A DNA stretch of 64,000 nucleotides from a virus. The stretch's first letter is position 1, and every line of letters starts with the position of its first letter. Made by a program: the position numbers and the translations under genes. Below, in pieces: positions 43,077 through 52,939 of this stretch. Location of the stretch: the IMG/VR virus record IMGVR_UViG_3300045988_142974, positions 64,001-128,000 of that record; one strand, 5' to 3'. The notes beneath the pieces were generated by a model. It was not told the origin of the DNA. It ran no database searches and saw only the letters and a program-made list of their open reading frames with translations.

Positions 43077-45677
43077 ATGAATGGATTGAGTAGTAAAGAA
43101 GTTCTCAAAAGTAGAGAGCTTCATGGAAGTAATAAGCTTCCTGAACCAAAGTTGGACAAGTGGTATGACTTCGCAAAGGAGGCATTAAGTGAGAAAATCA
43201 CAATGATTCTTATTGCAATTGCAGTATTGCAGTTATTCCTTGGAATCATGGGAGTAATGGATTTATCAGATCCAATTATGATTCTTGTTGTATTAGCAAT
43301 TGTAACATGTATTGCTGTTAAGACTGGACTTGGTGTTCAAAAATCAGCAGCAGAGTTGAGAGCCAAAACATCAGTCAGGTATTGTGACGTAATTCGTGAT
43401 GGCAAAGTTCAAACAATTAATAAGGATGAATTGGTAGTTGGTGATATTGTTTGTGTAGGAATGGGACAAGAGATTTTTGCAGATGGATATCTCATTGAAG
43501 GTAAGATTTCTGTAAACAATGCAGCCATTAATGGAGAAACAAAAGAGTGCAAGAAAACACCAATTGAAGGATATGTTCATAAGAAAACTACTTCAACAGC
43601 TGCTTATACGAATCAGAATTGCTTATTTGCTGGCACAACAGTAATGTCAGGCGAAGGAAAAATGATTGTTACTGATGTAGGTGTGAATACAGTAAATGGT
43701 GATACACTTGTTAAAATGCAAACACTTGAAGCACCAAAGACAGCACTTGATATTGCACTTGATAATCTGAGCGACTTCATTTCTAAGTGGGGAACAATCG
43801 CAGCCGTTATTACATTTGCGGTGCTTACAATTTCAGGAGTTGTACAGGTTGGATTTGGAGAATATTTTAGCGGTGGCGTTCTGAATATTATTCAGAAAAT
43901 CGCACAGAACTTCTCAGTAGCATTAACAATTATTGTAGCTGCTGTTCCCGAAGGATTGCCTCTTATTGTAAAACTTGTAACAAAACAGAATGTAAAGACA
44001 ATGGAGAAATTCAATATTCTTGCTAAGAATCCTGGTAAAATTCCAGAGTTAGCATATGTTGATATTATCTGTACTGATAAGACAGGTACTCTTACGACAG
44101 GTATTATGACTCCAAAGAAGATTATTGATGGCTTTGGTAATGATGTAAATAAGGATTCAGTTCTTTGGAATAATATCAAGGCAAACATTTCTTTAAATAA
44201 TAGTGCAACATTTGATTCAGAAAACAATATTACAGGTGGTAATTCAATTGATAGAGCAGTTCTTAGCCTTGTAAATCCTGAAACATATGCTGACATTCAG
44301 AAAAAATATCCAGTTAAGTTAAAGCAGGTATTTAATAGTAGCAATAAGTATTCAGCTTTTACGACAAAGGATGGAGTTACATACTATAAGGGCGCACCTG
44401 AGAAACTGATTGAGCATTGTACAAAAGTAATGGACTCAAGTGGTGAAATTGTAGAGAATAACGACAATGACACATTAAGTAATGCAATTACAGCAATGAC
44501 AAGCAATGCGATGAGATGCATTGCAGTTACAATGGCAGATGGTGATTTAGTAGAGAATGAAATACCAAATGACATGACATTCCTTGGAATTATTGGTGTT
44601 GTAGATCCTGTAAGAGATGAAGTACCGAGTGCAGTAAAAACAGCACATAAGGCTGGTATTCAAGTTATTGAAATTACAGGCGATTGTATTGAGACAGCAG
44701 TTGCAGTTGCTACAGAGTGTGGAATTTACAAAGATGGAGATTTAGCACTTACAAATGATGAATTTGAAGCGATGTCAGCTGATGAAGTAAAGAGTATAAT
44801 TCCTCGATTGAGAGTTATTTCAAGATGCTCACCAAACACAAAACTCAGACTTGTCACATTAGCACAAGAAATTGGAAAGTCAGTTGCAATGACAGGTGAT
44901 GGTGTAAATGATAGTCCTGCTTTAAAGAGAGCTGATGTTGGTTTTGGTATGCAAGGTGGATCAGATGTTGCAAAAGAAGCTTCAGACATTGTATTGACAG
45001 ATGATAATTTTGCAAGCGTAGTAAAGGCAGTAGAACTTGGAAGAACATTTATGCACAATATTATGATGTTCCTTGAATTCCAGTTACCTATCAATATTTC
45101 ACTTCTAATTCTCAGCGTTATCTATCCAATGATTGCAACGGGCGCATTACTCGCATCGGTTCAGATTCTGATTGTAAATATCATTATGGATTCCCTTAAT
45201 TCACTATCATTCGGTGGCGAACCTCCAAAGGATGAATACATGACAGAGAAACCTATTAAAAAGGGTTCTGGTTTATTCATCAGAGGAGCAAAGAAACGTA
45301 TTGCAATAAGTACAGTAGCTTTTATTGCACTTTATGGAATTATTACATTCAGTCCTATTGCAAATATGTTTGCATCTGAAACAGAAGCTATGACAGCGAG
45401 ATTCGCATTGTTATGCTTTATGGCAGTATTTAATGGATTTAATATTCGTACAGAACACATTAATTTATTCAATGGTATTGGGAAGAACAAACTGTTCTCA
45501 GCCATTGCAATCGGAATTTTTGTAATGACTTTTGCTCTTTGCAACTTTGCAGAAAATCTTATTAAGGTTACAGCTTTAGATTTCAAACATTGGGTAGTAG
45601 TTGTAATTCTAGCGTTTATGGTTATTCCAATTGATCTTATTAGAAAGATTATTGAGAAGAAAAGAGAGAATAAGTAA
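43077..45677 (+). CDS. P-type (P2-like) cation-transporting ATPase, probable Ca2+ pump (866 aa)
   Basis: ICTDKTGTLT (phosphorylation motif DKTGT), AAVPEGLPLIV (the PEGLP TM4 motif typical of Ca2+/P2 pumps), TGD, MTGDGVNDSPALKRADVG (GDGxND hinge), and multiple TM segments. Confidence 0.9.
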   Translation: MNGLSSKEVLKSRELHGSNKLPEPKLDKWYDFAKEALSEKITMILIAIAVLQLFLGIMGVMDLSDPIMILVVLAIVTCIAVKTGLGVQKSAAELRAKTSVRYCDVIRDGKVQTINKDELVVGDIVCVGMGQEIFADGYLIEGKISVNNAAINGETKECKKTPIEGYVHKKTTSTAAYTNQNCLFAGTTVMSGEGKMIVTDVGVNTVNGDTLVKMQTLEAPKTALDIALDNLSDFISKWGTIAAVITFAVLTISGVVQVGFGEYFSGGVLNIIQKIAQNFSVALTIIVAAVPEGLPLIVKLVTKQNVKTMEKFNILAKNPGKIPELAYVDIICTDKTGTLTTGIMTPKKIIDGFGNDVNKDSVLWNNIKANISLNNSATFDSENNITGGNSIDRAVLSLVNPETYADIQKKYPVKLKQVFNSSNKYSAFTTKDGVTYYKGAPEKLIEHCTKVMDSSGEIVENNDNDTLSNAITAMTSNAMRCIAVTMADGDLVENEIPNDMTFLGIIGVVDPVRDEVPSAVKTAHKAGIQVIEITGDCIETAVAVATECGIYKDGDLALTNDEFEAMSADEVKSIIPRLRVISRCSPNTKLRLVTLAQEIGKSVAMTGDGVNDSPALKRADVGFGMQGGSDVAKEASDIVLTDDNFASVVKAVELGRTFMHNIMMFLEFQLPINISLLILSVIYPMIATGALLASVQILIVNIIMDSLNSLSFGGEPPKDEYMTEKPIKKGSGLFIRGAKKRIAISTVAFIALYGIITFSPIANMFASETEAMTARFALLCFMAVFNGFNIRTEHINLFNGIGKNKLFSAIAIGIFVMTFALCNFAENLIKVTALDFKHWVVVVILAFMVIPIDLIRKIIEKKRENK

Positions 45678-45693
45678 TTGAGGAGATGAGAAC

Positions 45694-45903
45694 ATGGTAA
45701 TGAGAGATAAAAGTTATAAAACAGTAGAGATTATTACTCTTATATGTTTTTCAATTAGTGTTATTACAGTATGTATTACACGCTTTATTCCATTTATTTT
45801 TCTGACATTACTCACATTCCCAATTTCTTTTAAATTATTAAAAGGGAAGGTTGACAGCCTTCCCAAGAATAAGGAGGACAAAAAAATATGTCAATTAGTT
45901 TAG
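45694..45903 (+). CDS. small two-TM membrane protein (69 aa)
   Basis: ORF track. GAGGAG SD. Overlaps the first terD start by 16 nt. Confidence 0.55.
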   Translation: MVMRDKSYKTVEIITLICFSISVITVCITRFIPFIFLTLLTFPISFKLLKGKVDSLPKNKEDKKICQLV

Positions 45904-46466
45904 TTAAAGGTCAGAAGATTGACCTTACAAAATGCAATGCAGGTTTAAACAAAGTCGTATTTGGTCTTGGATGGGACACAAATAGATACGATGGTAATGC
46001 AGATTTCGATTTGGATGTATCAGCATTTTTTACTGATGATTCAGGAAAGGTAACAGGCGAACAGGATTTTGTATTTTATGGTCAGCCACAGCATCCAAGC
46101 GGAGCATTGATTTATTCTGGCGATAATAGAACAGGTGTAGGTGATGGCGATGACGAGACAATGATTGTTGAGTTAAATAAGATTCCATCTAATATTACAA
46201 AGATTAGCTTCTCAGCGACAATTTATGATGCAGAAAATCGTTTACAGAATTTTGGAATGGTTGATAATTCGTACATTAGAGCATACAACGCTGATACAAA
46301 TGAGGAACTTTTCAAATATGAACTTAATGAGGATTTCTCATTAGAGACAGGTGTTATTGCAGGTGAGTTGTATCGTAAGAACGGTGAATGGAAGTTTAAT
46401 GCAGTTGGTTCAGGTTACAATGGTGGTTTAGCTGCTATTGGTAGAAATTTTGGTCTTGATTTATAA
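45888..46466 (+). CDS. terD: TerD-family stress protein (paralogue 1)
   Basis: SLVKGQKIDLTK ... GLGWD ... DFDLDVSAF ... GDNRTGVGDGDDETMIVELNKIP ... ATIYDA ... NGEWKFNAVGSGY are canonical TerD motifs, including the acidic Ca2+-site loop. Confidence 0.9.
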   Translation: MSISLVKGQKIDLTKCNAGLNKVVFGLGWDTNRYDGNADFDLDVSAFFTDDSGKVTGEQDFVFYGQPQHPSGALIYSGDNRTGVGDGDDETMIVELNKIPSNITKISFSATIYDAENRLQNFGMVDNSYIRAYNADTNEELFKYELNEDFSLETGVIAGELYRKNGEWKFNAVGSGYNGGLAAIGRNFGLDL

Positions 46467-46484
46467 AATGGAAGGAGAATATAT

Positions 46485-47060
46485 ATGTCAGTAAATTTAG
46501 TAAAAGGACAGAAAATTAATTTATCTAAGGAAGTAGCAGGTGGTCTTACAAAGATTATGGTAGGACTTGGATGGGATGCTGTTAAGAAAGGATTCTTTGG
46601 TTCTAAGCCAAACATTGATTGCGATGCTTCGGCAATTATTTTAGGAAAAGATGATAAGTATCGTACATGTGTTTATTATGGTGACAGATCAGCAGAAGAC
46701 AGATGTGTGTATCATCATGGCGACAACCTCACAGGAGATGGAGACGGTGATGATGAGCAGATTACAGTTGACCTTGCGAATATTACAAATAAGGTTGAGA
46801 AGATTGTATTTGTAGTAAATATCTATGATTGTATTTCAAGAAAGCAGGATTTTGGACTTATCAAGAATGCGTACATTAGACTTGTTGATGAGTCAACTGG
46901 TAAGGAAATTTGTAAATATAATCTTTCAGATGATTATGCTGGCAAGACAGCAATGGTATTTGCAGAGGTTTATAAGAAAGACGGAGAGTGGAAATTTAAC
47001 GCCATCGGTCAGGGAACAAATGATTCAAGTGTTAGCGAATTAACAAGAAGATACAAGTAG
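46485..47060 (+). CDS. terD: TerD-family stress protein (paralogue 2)
   Basis: NLVKGQKINLSK ... GLGWDA ... IDCDASAI ... GDNLTGDGDGDDEQITVDL ... DGEWKFNAIGQG. Confidence 0.9.
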   Translation: MSVNLVKGQKINLSKEVAGGLTKIMVGLGWDAVKKGFFGSKPNIDCDASAIILGKDDKYRTCVYYGDRSAEDRCVYHHGDNLTGDGDGDDEQITVDLANITNKVEKIVFVVNIYDCISRKQDFGLIKNAYIRLVDESTGKEICKYNLSDDYAGKTAMVFAEVYKKDGEWKFNAIGQGTNDSSVSELTRRYK

Positions 47061-47072
47061 GAGGATTTAATT

Positions 47073-47654
47073 ATGTCAGTTTCGTTAAGTAAAGGACAGA
47101 GAGTAGATTTAACAAAGGGTAGACCGTCATTAAAAAACATTCTTGTTGGACTTGGATGGGATATTAATCATTATGACGGAGAAGCAGATTTTGATCTCGA
47201 TGCCTCTGTGTTTATGACAAAAGAGAATGGTAAGGTTGGCAATGACGAGGATTTCATTTTCTATGGTAATCTTGAACATAGTTCAAAGAGTGTAAAGCAT
47301 ATGGGAGATAACCGTACAGGTGAGGGAGATGGAGATGATGAGGTTATTAAGATTAAACTTGATAAAATCCCATCAGACTATGAGACTCTTGCTGTGACGG
47401 TCACAATTTATGATGCTGAGAGTAGACTTCAGAACTTCGGTATGGTTGGAAATGCATATGTGCGTGTAGTAGACGAAGAGACAGGCGAGGAACTTATTCG
47501 TTTTGATTTAAGTGAAGACTTCTCTACCGAGACTGCGTTAGTCGTAGCTGAAATATATAAACATAATGGCGAATGGAAGTTTAAGGCTGTAGGAAGTGGC
47601 TATAACGGTGGATTAAAGGCATTATGTAATCAGTATGGAATTGATGCAGAGTAG
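47073..47654 (+). CDS. terD: TerD-family stress protein (paralogue 3)
   Basis: SLSKGQRVDLTK ... GLGWD ... DFDLDASVF ... GDNRTGEGDGDDEVIKIKLDKIP ... NGEWKFKAVGSGY. Confidence 0.9.
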   Translation: MSVSLSKGQRVDLTKGRPSLKNILVGLGWDINHYDGEADFDLDASVFMTKENGKVGNDEDFIFYGNLEHSSKSVKHMGDNRTGEGDGDDEVIKIKLDKIPSDYETLAVTVTIYDAESRLQNFGMVGNAYVRVVDEETGEELIRFDLSEDFSTETALVVAEIYKHNGEWKFKAVGSGYNGGLKALCNQYGIDAE

Positions 47655-47663
47655 GAGGATTGT

Positions 47664-48413
47664 ATGACAAATTTTATGTTTATTATAATTGTGGTAATTG
47701 TATTAATTGCACTGATTCTTTTCTTTACTCCTTTTGGTAAACAGCTTAGAGTAAAGTTTAAAGGAAGAACAGATGAAGTAATGCGCCAGGATGCACAAAC
47801 ACCAGAAGGTGCTAGAGATTATTACAATGTAGCCATTAGAGAAAAGGAAGAATTTTATAACAAGGCTTCTGCTACATATGCAGAGATTTCAGGAAAGCGT
47901 GACACAGCAGAGAAAGATTTATACCAGGCGAACAAAGATATTATGCGTGTTACACAGCAGATTAACGCTTGTCTTGATGAGAACAAAGAAGATGAAGCAA
48001 TGCAGTATGCAATGAAGAAGTCTACTTTGGAGAATAAGATTAATGTGCTAAAAGATACAATCGAAGAGATGAAAGAAGCACAGGCTCATCAGAAAGACAT
48101 TCGTGATCAGGCAGCCGAAGAATTGCAGAAACTTAAAGAGGAAAAGGAACAGGTTCTTTTTCAGATGGAAGCTGATAGTCAGATTATCGAACTTCATCAG
48201 AGTATGGACAGTCTCAATACCAACAATGAGAGTGATAGAATGCTTGAAAGAGTTCGTGAAGGAGCAAGAAAGACAAGAGAACGTGCAGAAGGAAGTAGAA
48301 TTGCATATGATTCTAGCGCACAGGCTAATGAGAGAAGACTTGCTAATTCTGAAAGAGAGCGCAATGCTCGTCAGATTCTTGATGATATGAAGAGACAGAG
48401 AGGTAATAAGTAA
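47664..48413 (+). CDS. membrane-anchored coiled-coil protein, tentatively PspA/IM30-like (249 aa)
   Basis: N-terminal TM helix FMFIIIVVIVLIALILFF, then long heptad-like helices with a PspA-like pattern (NKEDEAMQYAMKKSTLENKINVLKDTIEEMK ...). The family call is tentative. Confidence 0.6.
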   Translation: MTNFMFIIIVVIVLIALILFFTPFGKQLRVKFKGRTDEVMRQDAQTPEGARDYYNVAIREKEEFYNKASATYAEISGKRDTAEKDLYQANKDIMRVTQQINACLDENKEDEAMQYAMKKSTLENKINVLKDTIEEMKEAQAHQKDIRDQAAEELQKLKEEKEQVLFQMEADSQIIELHQSMDSLNTNNESDRMLERVREGARKTRERAEGSRIAYDSSAQANERRLANSERERNARQILDDMKRQRGNK

Positions 48414-48505
48414 TGATTGTATTAAACATTGGAGTTTTCTTAATCTGTCTTGGTGTATGCTTTGGAGCAGGTTTTATCGTGGGAAAACGTAAGAAGAATA
48501 AATAA
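48413..48505 (+). CDS. small hydrophobic peptide (30 aa)
   Basis: Own translation MIVLNIGVFLICLGVCFGAGFIVGKRKKNK. TAATG overlap with the upstream gene. Confidence 0.4.
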   Translation: MIVLNIGVFLICLGVCFGAGFIVGKRKKNK

Positions 48506-48641
48506 TTTAAGGGTTGGTAGGTGTTACAGCCTACTAGCTCTATCAAAGGGTAATAAAATAGACCTTTTAATTTATAAAACGGAGAATATAACATTAGAAA
48601 CAATTAACAAAAATCAATATAAGAAAGAAGAGGTACAAAAT

Positions 48642-50705
48642 ATGGACGGATTTATGATGTTTAAAAAGGCTTTGCAGAAGCACTTCGATGAAATGCAGAA
48701 AGAGGCTACACATTTATTTGAGGTAAATGTAGATAAGGATGAATTATGGAATACATATCTTGATAGCTTTCCTGCCGGTACAAATGAGATTTTCAGAGAG
48801 CGTAGAGAACATGATTGCAGTTGTTGTAGACAGTTTATCAAGAATATTGGTTCTGCTGTCACCATTAAGGATAATCAGATTCACACAATCTGGGAACTGA
48901 ATCTTGGTGATACAACATATCAGCCAGTATGCGATGCACTTGACGCTTTTGTAAAGGCTCATATAGTTACAGATATTTATACAACTAAGTTCCCTAAGAT
49001 TGGTACAGATTTTAATTTTGAGGAAATCAATGGAAAGTCTCATAAGTGGGATCATTTCTTCTTAGAGCTTCCAAGTAAGTTTGTAAATAGAAGTAGCCGT
49101 TCCAACGAGGAAGTTAAAGGACAGTTCAGAGATACAAGAAATGTATTTAAGCGTTCTCTTGATGAGATTACTATGGATGCACTCGATACAATTCTTGAAC
49201 TTATCAACTCAAATACACTTTACAAGGGTGAAGAATGGAAGGGAGTACTCACAGAATTTAAGAAGTATAAGAAGGAATACGATAAGCTGGCTTCTGATAC
49301 TGAAAAGGATTTATATGCTTGGGAGAAGTCGGTAACGGCAGGTATGGCTATCGGTAGAATTAGAAATCATTCTATTGGAACACTTCTTATCAATGTAAGT
49401 GAGGATATGGATCTTGACACAGCAGTTAAGAAGTATGAGCAGATTGTCGCTCCAAGTAATTATAAAAGACCAAAGGCTATTTTTACAAAGAAAATGCTTG
49501 AGGATGCAAAGAAGACCATTACAGAACTCGGTTATATGGATTCATTACAGAGAAGATTTGCTAATCTGAATGATATTACTGTAAATAATGTACTGTTCTC
49601 AAATAAGAGTGCTGCAAGAAGAATGGTAGGTGCAGATGATATTTTTGGTCAGATGGAAAAGGATGTTGCTGTAAGTCCTAAGAAGTTTTCTAAGGTTGAA
49701 GAGATTTCAGCACAGGATTTCATTGATAAGGTACTTCCAACTGCAAAGGAGATTGAAGCTTTTGTAGAGAATAAACATGAGAAGAACTTTGTTTCTATGA
49801 TTGCACCTGTAAATCCAGATGCTAAGACAATGTTTAAATGGAACAATGGATTATCTTGGGCTTATTCAGGAAACATCACCGACTCTGATATGAAGCAGAA
49901 TGTAAAAGCTGCTGGCGGTAATGTTGACGGTGTTCTTAGATTTTCAATCATGTGGAATGAAGGACAGAATGATAACAGCGATCTTGATGCGCATTGTAAA
50001 GAACCTGATGGTAACGAGATTTATTTCAGTAATTGTAGAAAACCAGAAACTTCAAGATGTGGAGGTCAGTTAGATATTGATATTACACGCCCTATGACGC
50101 AGATGGCAGGAAAACCTTCTGTGGAAAATATTACATGGGCAGATATGTCACGTATGAAGCCAGGTGTTTATAAGTTTTTTGTTAATCAGTTTGCAGCGAG
50201 AGGAAGTAAAGGATTTAAGGCAGAAATTGAATTCAATGGTGAGATTTTTGCGTTTGAATACAATAGTCCTGTTTCTGGTAATGTTCAGGTGGCAGAAGTT
50301 ACACTTGACGAGAATGGCAACTTCTCAATTAAGGAAAAGCTGTCTGGAAGTTCATCTATTTCAAGTCGTGAAATTTGGGGTGTAAATACAAATCAGTTTG
50401 TTCCTGTATCAGTAATTAGTTACAGTCCAAACTATTTTGACGAGCAGGATGGAATTGGTCATAGACATTTATTTTTCTTCCTGAAGGATTGTGTAAATAG
50501 CGAAGAGCCTAATGGATTCTATCTTGAGTTCCTTGATAATGATTTAATGAAGCATAAGAGAGTGTTCGAGGCTTTAGGTGCTAAGTGTCATGTAGAAGAT
50601 ACTGATGATCAGCTTTCAGGAATTGGTTTTTCGATGACAAAGAGAGCAGATTTAGTTGTTAAGGTTAAGGGCGCAATAGAGCGTGTAATGAAGATTAAGT
50701 TTTAA
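48642..50705 (+). CDS. large conserved-looking hypothetical protein (687 aa) in the Ter operon
   Basis: Internal ATG of track ORF 48450..50705, after an AGAAGAGG SD. The C-terminal beta-rich region LRFSIMWNEGQNDNSDLDAHCKEPDGNEIYF...GGQLDIDITRP...ENITW...GVYKFFVNQF is reminiscent (from unverified recollection) of DUF2135/YfaP-type domains. Confidence 0.7.
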   Translation: MDGFMMFKKALQKHFDEMQKEATHLFEVNVDKDELWNTYLDSFPAGTNEIFRERREHDCSCCRQFIKNIGSAVTIKDNQIHTIWELNLGDTTYQPVCDALDAFVKAHIVTDIYTTKFPKIGTDFNFEEINGKSHKWDHFFLELPSKFVNRSSRSNEEVKGQFRDTRNVFKRSLDEITMDALDTILELINSNTLYKGEEWKGVLTEFKKYKKEYDKLASDTEKDLYAWEKSVTAGMAIGRIRNHSIGTLLINVSEDMDLDTAVKKYEQIVAPSNYKRPKAIFTKKMLEDAKKTITELGYMDSLQRRFANLNDITVNNVLFSNKSAARRMVGADDIFGQMEKDVAVSPKKFSKVEEISAQDFIDKVLPTAKEIEAFVENKHEKNFVSMIAPVNPDAKTMFKWNNGLSWAYSGNITDSDMKQNVKAAGGNVDGVLRFSIMWNEGQNDNSDLDAHCKEPDGNEIYFSNCRKPETSRCGGQLDIDITRPMTQMAGKPSVENITWADMSRMKPGVYKFFVNQFAARGSKGFKAEIEFNGEIFAFEYNSPVSGNVQVAEVTLDENGNFSIKEKLSGSSSISSREIWGVNTNQFVPVSVISYSPNYFDEQDGIGHRHLFFFLKDCVNSEEPNGFYLEFLDNDLMKHKRVFEALGAKCHVEDTDDQLSGIGFSMTKRADLVVKVKGAIERVMKIKF

Positions 50706-50726
50706 TTAGAAAAGGAGATTATTATT

Positions 50727-51116
50727 ATGACAAACAACGAATTATTTATCAATGCAACAAGAGCAAACTATCAGTTCCCATTCAGAGGAATGATTAACGT
50801 AATTGATTTGTGGGATTTATCTCTCACAAATCTGGACTCAGTGTTTAAGACACTCAATGCAGAAGTAAAGAAGTCTGAGGAAGAAAGTCTTCTAAATACC
50901 AAGTCAAAGGAAGATGAGGAGATTTCTAACAAGATTGAAATTGTTAAGTATATTGTTGACGTGAAGCTGGATGAGAAGAAGAAGAGAGAAGACGCTAAGA
51001 AAAATGCTGAGATGAGACAGAGATTGCTTGAAATCAAAGCTAAGAGACAGGATGCAGCACTTGAGAATATGTCTGATGAGGATCTGGATAAGGCACTTGC
51101 AGAATTAAGTGAGTAA
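50727..51116 (+). CDS. hypothetical charged coiled-coil protein (129 aa)
   Basis: ORF track. GAAAAGGAG SD. Confidence 0.6.
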   Translation: MTNNELFINATRANYQFPFRGMINVIDLWDLSLTNLDSVFKTLNAEVKKSEEESLLNTKSKEDEEISNKIEIVKYIVDVKLDEKKKREDAKKNAEMRQRLLEIKAKRQDAALENMSDEDLDKALAELSE

Positions 51117-51125
51117 TTGTTATAA

Positions 51126-51177
51126 ATATACCATATATAGTATTAAAAATAAACGATATATACTATATATGGTATAT
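51126..51177 (+). terminator. 18-bp perfect AT-rich inverted repeat (ATATACCATATATAGTAT ... ATACTATATATGGTATAT), terminator/operator after the Ter operon
   Basis: Read and paired base by base. 16-nt loop. T-rich tail. Confidence 0.6.
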
Positions 51178-51290
51178 ATTTTACATTAGAATGAATCGCA
51201 CATTTCTTTATGAAATAGATAATTTAATACATATATTAGAAAAATTCAAAAAAGAATGTCCTGAGCATATTGGAGAATGGAGATAACATT

Positions 51291-51839
51291 ATGACGAATA
51301 AAGAGCAAAATAATTTAAGCAAATACATAGCATTAATTCTTAGACACAGACCTGATGTTATTGGTATCGCATTAGATGAACATGGTTGGGCTAACGTGTC
51401 AGATCTATTAAAAGGAATCAATAAAACTCAGACGATTACAATGAAAATGCTTGAAAAAATTGTAGAAGAAGATTCTAAACAGAGATATTCATTTAATCGA
51501 GAGAAGACGCTTATAAGAGCAAATCAAGGTCATTCTATAAAAGTTGATGTAGAATTGAAAGAGTGTATGCCACCAGATATTTTATATCATGGAACGGGTG
51601 TCAAATATTGCTCTTCAATCAATAAACAAGGGTTAATATCCAAGAGTCGTTTATATGTCCATCTATCAAAAGATATTGAAACAGCAACAAATGTTGGCAG
51701 TAGACATGGAGAACCGTTTATTTATAAGGTTCGAGCAAAAGATATGTATAATGATGGATATAAATTCTTTTTATCTCAAAATGGGGTATGGCTTACAAAA
51801 GAAGTACCAATCTGTTATTTAGATGCGTTCTCGAAATAA
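51291..51839 (+). CDS. kptA: RNA 2'-phosphotransferase Tpt1/KptA family (NAD+-dependent)
   Basis: Track ORF 51270..51839. ATG 51291. [48 protein letters not shown] and RLYVHLS match the Tpt1 R-H-R-R catalytic-tetrad context. Confidence 0.85.
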   Translation: MTNKEQNNLSKYIALILRHRPDVIGIALDEHGWANVSDLLKGINKTQTITMKMLEKIVEEDSKQRYSFNREKTLIRANQGHSIKVDVELKECMPPDILYHGTGVKYCSSINKQGLISKSRLYVHLSKDIETATNVGSRHGEPFIYKVRAKDMYNDGYKFFLSQNGVWLTKEVPICYLDAFSK

Positions 51840-51910
51840 GGACAACAAGGACATTCCAAACTTCAAGGAACGAGTTGAAACAGATATATAAAATTTTGGA
51901 GGTTAAGACA

Positions 51911-52939
51911 ATGACAATTGAACAGATTAAGGACAAATTAAAATCAAAAGAGTATGACTTCCTGAGAACAGATAAGAATTTGGGTAACAATATCATTATC
52001 TTAACTCTTGGTGGAAGTTATGCATATGGAACAAATAATGAGGGTAGCGATTTAGATATTCGTGGTTGTGCTTTGAATAGCAAGATGCAGATTCTTACAA
52101 ATGAGAATTTTGAGCAGTTTGTAAACAATGAGACAGACACAACCATTTATGCCTTTAATAAGTTAGTAGCTTTGTTAAGTAATACAAACCCTAACACAAT
52201 AGAAATGCTTGGAAATAAGCCAGAACACTATTTCTATGTATCTCCTATTGGTCAGGAACTTATTGACAATGCGCATTTATTTTTATCAAAGAGAGCTTGT
52301 CATTCGTTTGGCGGTTATGCTAATCAGCAATTATACAGATTAAATCAGAAAGCTGCACATCAGATGTCGCAGTCTGAATTAGAGAAACATATTCTAAAGA
52401 CTCTTGAATTTATGCAGACTGACTTCACAAAGAAATATACACCATATGAAGATGATTCTATGAAATTATATATTGATAAAGCTGTGCAGGAAGGCTACGA
52501 TACAGAAATCTTTATGGATATAAATCTTCATCATTACCCATTAAGAGATTATTGTTCTATGTGGAATGAGCTTCAGAATACAGTTCGTCAATATGGAAAA
52601 ATTGGTAAGAGAAATGAAAAAGCAATTGAACATGGTAAAATTGCTAAACATTCAATGCATCTTATTCGACTGTATATGATGTGCTTAGATATTCTTGAAA
52701 AAGAAAGAATAATTACATACAGAGAAGATGAGCATAATTTACTAATGGATATTCGCAATGGCAAGTATTTGGATAGCAACGATCAGCCAATCCCAGAATT
52801 CTTTGAAATGGTAAATGATTATGAAAAGAGATTAGATTATGCGAAGAAAAACACAAGTCTTCCTGATAATCCTAATTATAAGGCTATCAATGAATTTGTT
52901 GCTAGTGTAAATGAAAGGGTGGTAAAAGGTGAAATCTAA
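51911..52939 (+). CDS. Pol-beta-superfamily nucleotidyltransferase, RlaP/pfam10127-like (RNA-repair-associated) (342 aa)
   Basis: Internal ATG of track ORF 51788..52939, after a TTGGAGG SD. ILTLGGSYAYGTNNEGSDLDIRG is the GS...D.D NTase motif. The family assignment is from recollection of the RlaP signature. Confidence 0.6.
   Translation: MTIEQIKDKLKSKEYDFLRTDKNLGNNIIILTLGGSYAYGTNNEGSDLDIRGCALNSKMQILTNENFEQFVNNETDTTIYAFNKLVALLSNTNPNTIEMLGNKPEHYFYVSPIGQELIDNAHLFLSKRACHSFGGYANQQLYRLNQKAAHQMSQSELEKHILKTLEFMQTDFTKKYTPYEDDSMKLYIDKAVQEGYDTEIFMDINLHHYPLRDYCSMWNELQNTVRQYGKIGKRNEKAIEHGKIAKHSMHLIRLYMMCLDILEKERIITYREDEHNLLMDIRNGKYLDSNDQPIPEFFEMVNDYEKRLDYAKKNTSLPDNPNYKAINEFVASVNERVVKGEI

Noticed and set aside
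38565-51200. Shared 10-mer ATGAATCGCA upstream of the sigma module and the Tpt1 cluster, as a possible common operator.
   Set aside because: A single 10-mer match in 128 kb of two-strand AT-rich sequence is close to chance expectation. It is mentioned only as a lead within the sigma-module finding.
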